From positions 1 to 47,413 of the forward strand of contig CAZJKO010000005.1 in the NCBI GenBank assembly GCA_964546995.1: a stretch of 47,413 nt of DNA. The letters are read 5' to 3'. The stretch comes from an uncultured Muribaculaceae bacterium. GTDB lineage: Bacteria; Bacillota_I; Bacilli_A; RF39; UBA660. Below the pieces are notes generated by a model. The model was not told where the DNA came from, did not search any database, and saw only the letters and a program-made list of their open reading frames with translations. Positions 8,810 to 18,210 of the stretch are shown in pieces. A program made the translations under genes and the position numbers. Every line of letters begins with the position of its first letter. The stretch's first letter is position 1.

Positions 8810-9679
8810 TTATACATTAGGATAACCCATAATTCTTAAAATATTTTTAATATCTATAGAATTTAGCTTATTATCTAACTTTTTTATTTCTTTTTCTATT
8901 GCTTTTACTAAACTGTTATATTGCCTTTTATCTAAAATAATTTGCATTGCTCTAATCATCATGTATAGATTAGTAAGATTATCTTTTATTACATAATTAG
9001 TATCAATCTCTTTAAATTTTAAAGTATATTTATCTCTATAGCAAAATAAACGATCATTATGAGCACAAATATTTCTAACATTAGTAAGACACTTTAAAAT
9101 TTGTTTTAATAATGCATCTGATATTTTAAATTTTTTTGCTATTATTTGCCTATCGCTTTGCTTTAACAATCCATAATAGCTACTAATAACTCCAAATGTT
9201 AATATTTTAGTTAAAACGAATGGTGGAACAAAGCCATAATTATCTTTATAATGAGTAATTGCAAGATGAATACCATAATTATGATTAATGTCTTCATTTA
9301 TTTTATCAATCAATTTCTTTCTAACCACTAGGTTTACTTTATTATCTAGGTTATTAGCATTTAAATAAGCATCTATACCATAAATATTAGAAATATGATT
9401 TGACATTAATGATTTAATTAAAGATTCAACTTCTAAAGCATATTTTAACATTATTAATTTCAAGTTTTTATCAAATTCATATAAAGCATATATTTCTTCA
9501 AAAGAAACATTTGGAAGGTAATTATTATTAGAATCTTTAAAATTATATTTATAACTATTGATTATAGAATAATATGTATATTTTTCTAATTTTTTCAAAG
9601 CTGATTTCTTATTTTTAATAATTACATTTTTACATTCTAAGTATTTTAATAATTCTTCATTCGTTTTATATTGCTTCAT
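8810..9679 (-). CDS. Abi_2 (AbiD/AbiF) family HEPN protein
   Basis: KQYKT..E.L..L, YYSIINSYK, LYEFD..LK...L...L.VE..IK, HY.....PP, LTFG and HEPN RxxxxH motif RNICAH. Confidence 0.9.
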   Translation of the reverse strand: MKQYKTNEELLKYLECKNVIIKNKKSALKKLEKYTYYSIINSYKYNFKDSNNNYLPNVSFEEIYALYEFDKNLKLIMLKYALEVESLIKSLMSNHISNIYGIDAYLNANNLDNKVNLVVRKKLIDKINEDINHNYGIHLAITHYKDNYGFVPPFVLTKILTFGVISSYYGLLKQSDRQIIAKKFKISDALLKQILKCLTNVRNICAHNDRLFCYRDKYTLKFKEIDTNYVIKDNLTNLYMMIRAMQIILDKRQYNSLVKAIEKEIKKLDNKLNSIDIKNILRIMGYPNV

Positions 9680-9697
9680 ATTACCTCCTGAAATAAA

Positions 9698-9735
9698 AAT
9701 GACCTAGGGCTTCAAAAGTTTCCTAGGCACTACTC
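9698..9735 (-). ncRNA. Putative abiF-associated hairpin RNA, upstream (5' leader) copy
   Basis: GAGTAGTG-CCTAGG-AAACTTTTGAAGC-CCTAGG-TCATT between the promoter and the AGGAGG SD of the abi gene. Confidence 0.7.
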
Positions 9736-9742
9736 GATATAA

Positions 9743-9771
9743 ACTATACTAGATATTAATGGCTTTGTCAA
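9743..9771 (-). promoter_or_regulatory. Sigma-A promoter of the RNA-abi unit
   Basis: TTGACA (9766-9771)-17 bp-TATAGT (9743-9748). Confidence 0.8.
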
Positions 9772-9823
9772 TGATTTTTAAATGATTTCTCAATAATTCT
9801 TACTACTAATTGTACAAAGTATT

Positions 9824-10426
9824 TTATCTTTTAATTATATTATATTGTTCTTTTTTTTCTCTTTTATTTACTGCCATTTCAATATAATCATTAAAATTAT
9901 TTATAAATTCGTCCCATGATATCAATGAGCAATAATGATCCTGATTTCTGTCATACACTCCATTTTGAGGATTATGTTTATAAATTTTCTTTATATTAAA
10001 CATATTTTTTCTTACCAGATTATCAAAATCTTTTACAGTTACTGAACTTGAATTAGAAAAAGTATCTATTACTATAGGCTTGGCTTCTGGAGTATAAACA
10101 GCTATTAATCCATTACACCTATTATTCTCTCGATCATCTAATGAATATTTAATCTCGTCATACATCCAATCGTCATACACATAACTAAAACCATTATAAC
10201 TCTTTTTATGATTAATTGCTTCAGGTGTTAACAATACAATTGTAACACTAGTATATCTCAGTTTATCATATAAATATCCTTTTATTGTATCTTCAGACAT
10301 CATTGATCTATCTTCATTTTCAGAACAATTTATAACTGTTTCAGAATTAGAAAATAATTTACTTAAATAATCCTTATATTTATAACCGTCTTTATATCTA
10401 AAAGAAATAAAAATCCTTCTTGCCAT
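9824..10426 (-). CDS. TIR-domain protein, ThsB/DUF1863-like
   Basis: RRIFISFRYKD, TSVTIVLL and WMYDEI (catalytic Glu position); AGGAGG SD. Confidence 0.88.
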   Translation of the reverse strand: MARRIFISFRYKDGYKYKDYLSKLFSNSETVINCSENEDRSMMSEDTIKGYLYDKLRYTSVTIVLLTPEAINHKKSYNGFSYVYDDWMYDEIKYSLDDRENNRCNGLIAVYTPEAKPIVIDTFSNSSSVTVKDFDNLVRKNMFNIKKIYKHNPQNGVYDRNQDHYCSLISWDEFINNFNDYIEMAVNKREKKEQYNIIKR

Positions 10427-10435
10427 AACTACCTC

Positions 10436-10846
10436 CTATATCAAATAAACTGCTATGCTTGTTATTATACATGTTATATAAAATAAAATCTCAGTTAATG
10501 AAAACATGCACTTAAAAAACGAAATTTTAATTGTATCCTTCATTTCAATTTTTATGTTGTTATAATTCATATCAAAAACTTCGTTATCTTTACAACGTTT
10601 TAATTTTTCATTATAAAACAATCTATATTTTCTCTCCAATTGTAAATAATACGTATCTAAACACCAAAGTACAAATAAAGGGACAACTGTAAACAAAATA
10701 CATCTCTTATCACCTTGATTGCCAGCAAATGAAAAAATTGCTAGCATTACACCAATTCCCCAACCTTTAATCTGGAAAGAATTGTTTGCCATTCGATCAA
10801 TTATGTTCTGTATCATTTGCAAATAAGCTGCTTTATTATTTTCCAT
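10436..10846 (-). CDS. Small membrane protein (2-3 TM), candidate TIR-linked effector
   Basis: IQNIIDRMANNSFQIKGW followed by hydrophobic helices, LDTYYLQLERKYR and a C-terminal helix; 9 bp upstream of the TIR gene. Confidence 0.85.
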   Translation of the reverse strand: MENNKAAYLQMIQNIIDRMANNSFQIKGWGIGVMLAIFSFAGNQGDKRCILFTVVPLFVLWCLDTYYLQLERKYRLFYNEKLKRCKDNEVFDMNYNNIKIEMKDTIKISFFKCMFSLTEILFYITCIITSIAVYLI

Positions 10847-10871
10847 ATTGTACCTCCAATGTTAGTTTTAT

Positions 10872-10900
10872 ATTATATACGAAAAGAAAGTATTTTTCAA
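10872..10900 (-). promoter_or_regulatory. Sigma-A promoter of the TM-TIR operon
   Basis: TTGAAA-17 bp-TATAAT. Confidence 0.7.
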
Positions 10901-10918
10901 TAATTCTAAAGAAAAAAA

Positions 10919-11781
10919 TCACCTTTTTATTTTCATATAATATCCAAGGGCTTCGATAACGTACTTCTCAAGATACCGTTTATCTCTTTTTAATAATTCA
11001 GGTGGTAAAACTGCTTCTATTTTCTTTTTATTAAAAGTTATCTTATCATTTTGATTACCTTTCTTTTCATCTAATATTTTTTCTAGTGAATTAAAATCTA
11101 ATTTATGTTTTTGACTTAGATTTCTAATTCTTATCGCTTGAGCTCTATTAGGTGTTAAATCTTCATATTCTATAGAAGCAAAAAGCAATTTTTGCTCATC
11201 TTTGTTTAAATAAGATAATTCTACTGCTGTTGTTATGCCTAAAGTTAAATAAGTTTTTTTATCATGAATTACAGTATCATCAACAATCTTTAATAATTCA
11301 GGTATTAAATAAGTAAGCCTTATATATCTTCTAACTTGTTCTCTAGATTCTCCACTAACTTTAGCTATCAATTCAACAGAAGTTAACTTCTGCACATCTT
11401 GTGTAGAAGTGTCTTTTTTTTACCTTGGTGTTTAATCGCATCTAATTTCATTTTATAGGCATAAGCTTTTTCTGAAGGCAAAATTTTACTTCTATATATA
11501 TTGGAATCTACCATATAAATGATTGCTTCGTCATCATTTAATTCTTCTATATAGCAACCCGCCTCTTCTACTCCATTTAATTCAAGTGCTAGTTTTCTTC
11601 TATGACCTGATATCAGTTCAAACCTTCCGTTTTCTTTTCTTCTAACTACTAGTGGATTTAATAATCCATTTTCTCTAATACTTGATACAAGTTCATTTAA
11701 TGATTCATCCTTATTAACTTTAAATGGATGATTTTTAAAGGAATCAATATTGCATAATTTTACTTTTACTATTTCTTTCAT
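10919..11781 (-). pseudogene. parB: ParB/Spo0J-family gene split by a -1 frameshift (pseudogene or programmed frameshift)
   Basis: N-part has SIRENGLL.PLVVR and ISGHRR (ParB CTPase box); C-part has GESREQVRRYIRL HTH; the frames join at the A8 tract 11414-11421. Confidence 0.8.
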
Positions 11782-11785
11782 TATT

Positions 11786-12256
11786 TTACTCTCCTTTTAT
11801 TTGAAAAGTTAATTTCCATTCAATATACTCTTCATAACTTATTTCTCGATCTTCTCTTTTTTGTTTCTTTTGTTGCCATTCCTTTATGAAATTACTAATT
11901 AAAGCATCTGCTTTATTTTGAAGTTGTTCTGATGTTGCTAATTCAACATTCATTTTAGGATACAATTCTTCCAACCACATAAATATATAAACTATATCTA
12001 AAGGATTTTTAAAATCATATTTTCCAATAGAACTAGGATTAACTTTTAAAATATTAGCGATTTCAATTAGTCTATCTTCTTTTGGGTTTCTTTCTCCTTT
12101 CTCGTATCTTGTCATATTTACTCTCTTACTTTCTCCAGATAATCCCAATTTTTCTGAAACTTCGTCTTGAGTAAGCCTTCTAAATTGTCTTACAAAGGCA
12201 ATTCTTGATCCTTGTGTTAAATCTTTTAATTTTGGTTTTAGATAAAAATATCGCAT
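11786..12256 (-). CDS. XRE-family HTH regulator with C-terminal domain
   Basis: GSRIAFVRQFRRLTQDEVSEKLG..YEKGERNP; start reassigned to ATG 12256 behind AGGAGGTG. Confidence 0.85.
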   Translation of the reverse strand: MRYFYLKPKLKDLTQGSRIAFVRQFRRLTQDEVSEKLGLSGESKRVNMTRYEKGERNPKEDRLIEIANILKVNPSSIGKYDFKNPLDIVYIFMWLEELYPKMNVELATSEQLQNKADALISNFIKEWQQKKQKREDREISYEEYIEWKLTFQIKGE

Positions 12257-12302
12257 TTTTTCACCTCCTTTTTTATATCGCATAATTCTTATCTTTTCAC
12301 AC

Positions 12303-12333
12303 AAAAAAGACCAAGATGTTTATATCTTAGTCT
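12303..12333 (-). terminator. Intrinsic terminator
   Basis: AGACTAAGAT-ATAAAC-ATCTTGGTCT followed by T tract. Confidence 0.75.
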
Positions 12334-12467
12334 AATTTATATATAAATATCAATTGTGATAGGTTCTTTTAACCTTGCATTTTTACATTCAGGTATTTTA
12401 TCTGAATATCTTAAAATATCATCTTTTGTAATGATTATGCGGGTTAAAAACAATTCATAATAACTTT

Positions 12468-15101
12468 CTATTTGTTTACCTTTTCGCGGATACTTGCTTG
12501 TGCAGCAGCAAGTGATGCGATTGGTACACGATATGGAGAACAAGATACATAAGTTAGTCCTACTTTATGGCAGAAATTGACTGTTTTGGGATCAGCACCA
12601 TGTTCTCCGCAAATACCCATATGCATATTTGGCTTTACTTTTCTTCCTAACGTTACTGCCAGTGCTACTAATTTTCCTGTACCTTTTTGGTCCAATCTTT
12701 GAAATGGATCGCTTTCGAAGATGTGGTTATTATAGTAATCATTTAAGAACTTTCCAGCATCATCTCTTGAAAAACCATATGTTAGTTGTGTTAAATCGTT
12801 GGTTCCAAACGAGAAGAAATCGGCATATTCAGCAATTTCATCCGCTACGAGTGCTGCCCTTGGCACTTCGATCATCGTTCCAATATGATAATTGATTCTT
12901 CTTTCTTTTTCGGTCATAACCTTTTCTGCTTCTTCCCCGATAATCTTTTTAATAAAGAGCAGTTCTTCTTTATCTCCTATTAATGGGATCATCAGTTCTG
13001 GTACAATATCAATATGGTTTTCTTCGCTTACTTCGATAGCAGCTTCTAGTATAGCCCTCGTTTGCATTTTAGCAATTGATGGATACGTAATCGCTAAGCG
13101 ACAACCACGATGCCCCATCATCGGATTAAATTCTTTTAGCGAATCAATTCGCGATACCAATGCTTCATAAGTCATGTTTAATGCTGTTGCTAAGTGACGA
13201 ATTTCGTCCATCTGTTTTGGGAGAAATTCATGAAGTGGCGGATCTAAATAACGAATGGTTATCGTTTTGTCGCTCATGACTTGAAACATTCCTTTGAAAT
13301 CCTCTTTTTGATAAGGTAACAGTTTGGCTAAGGCTCTATTTCGTTGTTCGTTCGTTTCCGCTGTGATCATCTCACGCATGGCAAAGAGGCGTTCTTTTTC
13401 AAAAAACATGTGTTCTGTTCGACATAAACCGATCCCTTCTGCCCCTAGTTCCAACGCTATTTTGGCATCTTTGGGACTATCGGCATTGGCTCTTACCCCT
13501 AAGGTGCGAGCTTCTTTGGCCCATTCCATAAACGTTTCGAAATCTCCACTTATACGGGCTTCTTTCGTTTCGATTTTTTCTCCATATATTAGACCTGTAG
13601 AGCCATCTAACGATAGATCATCTCCTTCATGGAACGTTTGTCCATCTTTGGTTGTCAAGGTTTTCTTTTGCTCATCGATTTCTAAATCGCTACAGCTACA
13701 GATACAACACGTTCCCATTCCTCTTGCGACGACAGCAGCATGGGAGGTCATTCCTCCACGAATCGTCAATATTCCATTGGCGACATTCATTCCTTCAATA
13801 TCTTCTGGTGAAGTTTCAAGACGTATCAACAGCGTATCTTCTATTCCGTTTCGTTTAGCCTTTATAACGTCTTCCTTTGTAAAATAGATCTTTCCTGTGG
13901 CAGCACCAGGCGACGCCGCTAATCCTTTCGCAATGACTTTGCCATTTTTTAACGATTCCTGATCGAACATAGGATGTAAAAGGCTATCTAACTGTTTTGG
14001 TTCTACTCTAAGAAGTGCTTCCTCTTTTCCAATCATTCCTTCTTTCACTTGATCGACCGCAATTTTTACTGCTGCATTTCCGGTTCGTTTGCCATTTCTT
14101 GTTTGTAGGATAAATAGTTTCCCTTCTTCAATTGTGAATTCCATATCTTGCATGTCTTTGTAGTGATTTTCTAAAAGTTGGGCAATGTTTTCAAATTCTT
14201 TATATATGGTTGGCATCTTTTCCTTCAACGTTGTTATGGCTTCAGGGGTTCTAATGCCTGCGACGACATCTTCGCCTTGGGCATTGATCAAGTATTCTCC
14301 AAATAGGGCTTTTTCTCCTGTAATGGGATTTCTAGTAAAGGCTACCCCTGTACCTGAATGTTCTCCTTTGTTTCCATAGACCATTTCCTGGATATTTACA
14401 GCAGTTCCCCAATTAGATGGAATGTCGTTTAGTTTGCGATATGTTACAGCACGTTCATTGTTCCACGAACGAAATACGGCTTTGATTGCTTCTAATAGTT
14501 GTACTTTGGCATCTTGAGGAAAATTTTCTTTGGCAATTTCGAAATATGCTTGTTTGTAACGTTCCGTTACCTCTTTCATATCATTACTTGTCAATTCAAT
14601 ATCTAACGCTTTTCCTTTTTCTTTTTTGATCTCATCTAACAAACGTTCAAACGTCGATTTGGGAAAACCCATGACAACATCGGCATACATTCCGATGAGG
14701 CGGCGATACGAATCGTAGACAAATCTTGGGTCGTGCGTTGTTTCGATCAAGCCGTCTACGACTTCATCGTTCATCCCAAGATTTAGAATGGTATCCATCA
14801 TTCCTGGCATCGAAGCTCTCGAACCACTTCGAACAGAGACTAAAAGAGGATTGTTTTTATCTCCCATCGTTTTCGCCGTTTCTTGTTCTAATCTTTCTAA
14901 TTCTTTTAAAATTTCTAATTCTATGTCACGATTGATTACACCATGATCTTCATAATACTTTAAACATGCGTCCGTCGAGACGGTAAACCCCCTTGGGACA
15001 GGTAGACCGATGTTGGTCATTTCTGCCAGATTGGCCCCTTTTCCACCGAGCACTTCTCTCATCTCTTTGTTTCCTTCATGAAACGAGTATACGTATTTCA
15101 T
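12468..15101 (-). CDS. ppdK: Pyruvate, phosphate dikinase
   Basis: LGGKGANLAEM, GGMTSHAAVVARG (phospho-His), GIGLCRTEHMF, FFSFGTNDLTQ. Confidence 0.98.
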   Translation of the reverse strand: MKYVYSFHEGNKEMREVLGGKGANLAEMTNIGLPVPRGFTVSTDACLKYYEDHGVINRDIELEILKELERLEQETAKTMGDKNNPLLVSVRSGSRASMPGMMDTILNLGMNDEVVDGLIETTHDPRFVYDSYRRLIGMYADVVMGFPKSTFERLLDEIKKEKGKALDIELTSNDMKEVTERYKQAYFEIAKENFPQDAKVQLLEAIKAVFRSWNNERAVTYRKLNDIPSNWGTAVNIQEMVYGNKGEHSGTGVAFTRNPITGEKALFGEYLINAQGEDVVAGIRTPEAITTLKEKMPTIYKEFENIAQLLENHYKDMQDMEFTIEEGKLFILQTRNGKRTGNAAVKIAVDQVKEGMIGKEEALLRVEPKQLDSLLHPMFDQESLKNGKVIAKGLAASPGAATGKIYFTKEDVIKAKRNGIEDTLLIRLETSPEDIEGMNVANGILTIRGGMTSHAAVVARGMGTCCICSCSDLEIDEQKKTLTTKDGQTFHEGDDLSLDGSTGLIYGEKIETKEARISGDFETFMEWAKEARTLGVRANADSPKDAKIALELGAEGIGLCRTEHMFFEKERLFAMREMITAETNEQRNRALAKLLPYQKEDFKGMFQVMSDKTITIRYLDPPLHEFLPKQMDEIRHLATALNMTYEALVSRIDSLKEFNPMMGHRGCRLAITYPSIAKMQTRAILEAAIEVSEENHIDIVPELMIPLIGDKEELLFIKKIIGEEAEKVMTEKERRINYHIGTMIEVPRAALVADEIAEYADFFSFGTNDLTQLTYGFSRDDAGKFLNDYYNNHIFESDPFQRLDQKGTGKLVALAVTLGRKVKPNMHMGICGEHGADPKTVNFCHKVGLTYVSCSPYRVPIASLAAAQASIREKVNK

Positions 15102-15152
15102 AACATCCTCCTATTTTCTATTACAACTATTTAGAGTATACCAAATTCCTTT

Positions 15153-15764
15153 TTAGGCTTCAATAAAACTAGTCTCTTTTGACAAAATCTGACATTTTAA
15201 TTCTTGATAACAATTTGGACAAACGGATTCGTAAGTTACTTTCTCTTCGCCATCGATAGCCACTTGTTCTCCTTGGAATACAGGAACACCATTTACTTTA
15301 CGAATGACGAAAGTCGCTTTTCTTCCGCATTTACAAATGGTCTTCATTTCTTCAATGGTATGAGCAATTTGTAAAAGACGAGTACTTCCTTCAAAGCCAT
15401 TCGTTAAAAAGTCTACTCTTAAACCGTAACAGATGACGGGAATATTCAAATTCGTTACAATTTTCATCAACGCATCGACTTGGTCCTTTTTTAAAAATTG
15501 TGCTTCATCGACTAAAATACAGTGATAACTAGAAAATTTCTTTTTTACGAGTTGATAAACATCATCCCGATCGGTTATTTTGTAATCGACTGTTCTAGTT
15601 GACGAAAGAGCTCGCGAGACGATTTGGTCGTCTCCTTTGGTATCAATTGCAGGTTTTAATAAAGCAACTTTCATTCCTTGTTCTTCGTAATTGTATGCCG
15701 TTTGTAGTAATAATGTGCTCTTACCACAGTTCATCGCACCATACCGAAAATATAGTTTTGCCAT
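15153..15764 (-). CDS. tdk: Thymidine kinase
   Basis: MAKLYFRYGAMNCGKST, VDEAQF, C-terminal zinc Cys; start behind AGGAGG. Confidence 0.96.
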   Translation of the reverse strand: MAKLYFRYGAMNCGKSTLLLQTAYNYEEQGMKVALLKPAIDTKGDDQIVSRALSSTRTVDYKITDRDDVYQLVKKKFSSYHCILVDEAQFLKKDQVDALMKIVTNLNIPVICYGLRVDFLTNGFEGSTRLLQIAHTIEEMKTICKCGRKATFVIRKVNGVPVFQGEQVAIDGEEKVTYESVCPNCYQELKCQILSKETSFIEA

Positions 15765-15837
15765 CTCTTTCTTCCTCCTATCTTTTTTCATTATACTTCT
15801 TTTAAAAGTACGTGACAAGAAAAAGAGACAAACACTT

Positions 15838-18210
15838 CTATTTGTCTCTTAGTATTCCCTGATGCTCTTGGGTTACTTTTTCTATGATTCTATTAAATAC
15901 TTCCATTACTTCTTCTTCTGTTAGTGTTCTAGTAGGATCCATGAAACTTAAATTAAAGGCAATCGATTTTTGATCGCTTTCGATATTGGGCCCTTCGTAG
16001 ACATCAAAGACTTTGATTTCGTCAAGAAGGCGTCCACCTGCTTTTTTCATTGTCTGCATCATGCTTTCCGCCGAAATTTCTTTCGATACGATAAAAGCCA
16101 TATCTTTCTTGATGCCAGGATATTTTGGCGCTTCTTTAAACTTTAATGGTTTGATTTCTTTCATTAGGCTGTTTAGGGAAAGTTCAAAAACAAAGACTTC
16201 TTCTTTGCATAACGATGGATGAATACGCCCAATGACGCCAATTGGTTGTCGATCCAACAGGATGCTAGCACTTATACCAGGATGTAGATCCGGTATTAAT
16301 TTTTTTTCGAATGTATAACGGTTCTTTAGACCCATCGCATCAAGAAGATTTTGAACGATACCCTTGAGTAGATAGAAATCTACTTTTGTAGGATGTGCCC
16401 AACCATTTGTTACATATGTTCCAGATAAAAGTCCTGCAACTAAACTTTCCTCTTGGTAATTTTTGTCGTACGTTTTACTAATTTCATAAATGCAAATATC
16501 TTCTACTTTACGAGCTTTATTGTATTTATATACTTGATAAAGAGATGGTAGGATACTTGTTCTAACGATACTTTTATCACTACTCATAGGGTTAGGTAAA
16601 ACAACTTGTTCTTTGTTGCAATAAGCAAACTGTTCTTTCATGGTTGGAGAGATCAACGTATACGTTTTCACTTCATTTAGACCGAGCGAACGAAGGCGTT
16701 TTGATACCATTTTGCGGTATTTTACGTCTCCTACGTACTTTCCTCTTCGAATTGGAACAACAGGAAGAGTCGATACTAAATTATGATAACCGTAGAGTCT
16801 TCCGATTTCTTCTGAAATATCGTTGATGTATGGATCGATATCTAATCTTCGTTTCGGAATGGTTACTTTAAACTTTCCATTGGTCGCTGTATATGGAAAA
16901 TCGAGGCGGTCTAGTTCTACTCTCATCTCTTCTTCCTTGATTTCGATTCCTAACATTCGATTGACATCACTCGGAGCGAATTCGACTATTTTTTCTTTAT
17001 GATCTAAATGATCGTAACAAATTTTTTCAGACAAGACTTTTGCATTCGCATACTTTTCTAACAAATGGCATGCTCTATCTAATGCTTTTTCGGTATATTC
17101 CTCATTTAGACCTTTGCCATAACGAATGCTTGCTTCGCTTTTTAGATTTAATCTCGCTGCTGTATAACGAGTTTGAATAGGATCAAAGATCGCACTTTCG
17201 ATGAGAATCGTTTTGGTCGATTCACTAATTTCAGTATTCAATCCGCCCATCACTCCAGCGATGGCCACTGGTACTTTTCCATCCGTAATTAAGATATCAC
17301 TTTCTTTTAAAAGCCGTTCTTTTCCATCTAAGGTCGTGATCGTTTCGTTTTCGTGGGCATTTCTTACGACGATTTTGTTTCCCAATTTCTCTTTATCAAA
17401 AAAGTGTAGTGGTTGACCGTACTCTAACATAACGTAGTTTGAAATATCGACGACATTATTAATCGATCTCATTCCAACCGATGCAAGACGACGTTTTATA
17501 AACTCAGGAGACTCTTTAATCTCAACATCTGTTACCATTTTTGCTAAGTAGTAAGGACATTTTTCGGTTTCTACTTCTAACGTAATGTGATCCTTTATCG
17601 AATCATTTATTGTTTGATACGTCGCGTGAGGAAGTGTTACTTTGCGATTTAAAATAGCGGCAATTTCATAGGCAAAGCCAATATGATAATAACAGTCGTT
17701 ATTGCGATGTTTGTGAATATCTAGTTCATATTTGGTATCATTTAGCCCTAAATATTCCATGGGGTCCATTCCAATTGGCGCAGATGGATCGAGTTCGTGA
17801 ATGCCTTTTTTATAGGTTTCTTCTGTCTTTTCTTCTAATCCCAGTTCATAGAGAGCACAAATCATTCCATTCGATTCCACACCACGGATTTTGCTTGCTT
17901 TAATTTCAACGTTTCCAGGCAAAATAGCACCCGGCAAAGAAACAATTACTTTTAGTCCTTTTCTTACGTTAGGAGCACCACAGACAATTTGTTGTAATTC
18001 GCCTTTTCCAATGTTTACTTTACATACATGTAAGTGATCACTATCAGGATGATCCATGCATTCGATCACTTCACCAATTATTAAATGATCTATATGATTC
18101 GTTATTACTTTTTCAATATTGATTCCTGCTTGTGTAATCTTGACAGCTAGTTCTTCTAAATCTTGATCTGTAATATCGATATAATCCTTGACCCATTCTA
18201 AATTAATCAT
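15838..18210 (-). CDS. pheT: Phenylalanine--tRNA ligase beta subunit
   Basis: IVCGAPN, IRGVESNGMIC, YGQPLHFFD, C-terminal FDX-ACB domain. Confidence 0.97.
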   Translation of the reverse strand: MINLEWVKDYIDITDQDLEELAVKITQAGINIEKVITNHIDHLIIGEVIECMDHPDSDHLHVCKVNIGKGELQQIVCGAPNVRKGLKVIVSLPGAILPGNVEIKASKIRGVESNGMICALYELGLEEKTEETYKKGIHELDPSAPIGMDPMEYLGLNDTKYELDIHKHRNNDCYYHIGFAYEIAAILNRKVTLPHATYQTINDSIKDHITLEVETEKCPYYLAKMVTDVEIKESPEFIKRRLASVGMRSINNVVDISNYVMLEYGQPLHFFDKEKLGNKIVVRNAHENETITTLDGKERLLKESDILITDGKVPVAIAGVMGGLNTEISESTKTILIESAIFDPIQTRYTAARLNLKSEASIRYGKGLNEEYTEKALDRACHLLEKYANAKVLSEKICYDHLDHKEKIVEFAPSDVNRMLGIEIKEEEMRVELDRLDFPYTATNGKFKVTIPKRRLDIDPYINDISEEIGRLYGYHNLVSTLPVVPIRRGKYVGDVKYRKMVSKRLRSLGLNEVKTYTLISPTMKEQFAYCNKEQVVLPNPMSSDKSIVRTSILPSLYQVYKYNKARKVEDICIYEISKTYDKNYQEESLVAGLLSGTYVTNGWAHPTKVDFYLLKGIVQNLLDAMGLKNRYTFEKKLIPDLHPGISASILLDRQPIGVIGRIHPSLCKEEVFVFELSLNSLMKEIKPLKFKEAPKYPGIKKDMAFIVSKEISAESMMQTMKKAGGRLLDEIKVFDVYEGPNIESDQKSIAFNLSFMDPTRTLTEEEVMEVFNRIIEKVTQEHQGILRDK

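Larger units (their letters stand above)
8605..12488. mobile_element. Small AT-rich defence island / decayed integrative element in the ppdK 3' end
   Basis: Bounded by the duplicated ppdK tail; visibly more AT-rich; XRE, ParB, TIR and Abi cargo; no integrase inside. Confidence 0.75.

Noticed and set aside
8744-9735. 38-nt repeat pair as a CRISPR array or IS ends
   Set aside because: Only two direct copies separated by a whole gene; no cas or transposase; covariation indicates an RNA structure
12337-12543. 68-aa ORF as an intact gene
   Set aside because: Its start lies out of frame inside ppdK; only the tail may be a real remnant
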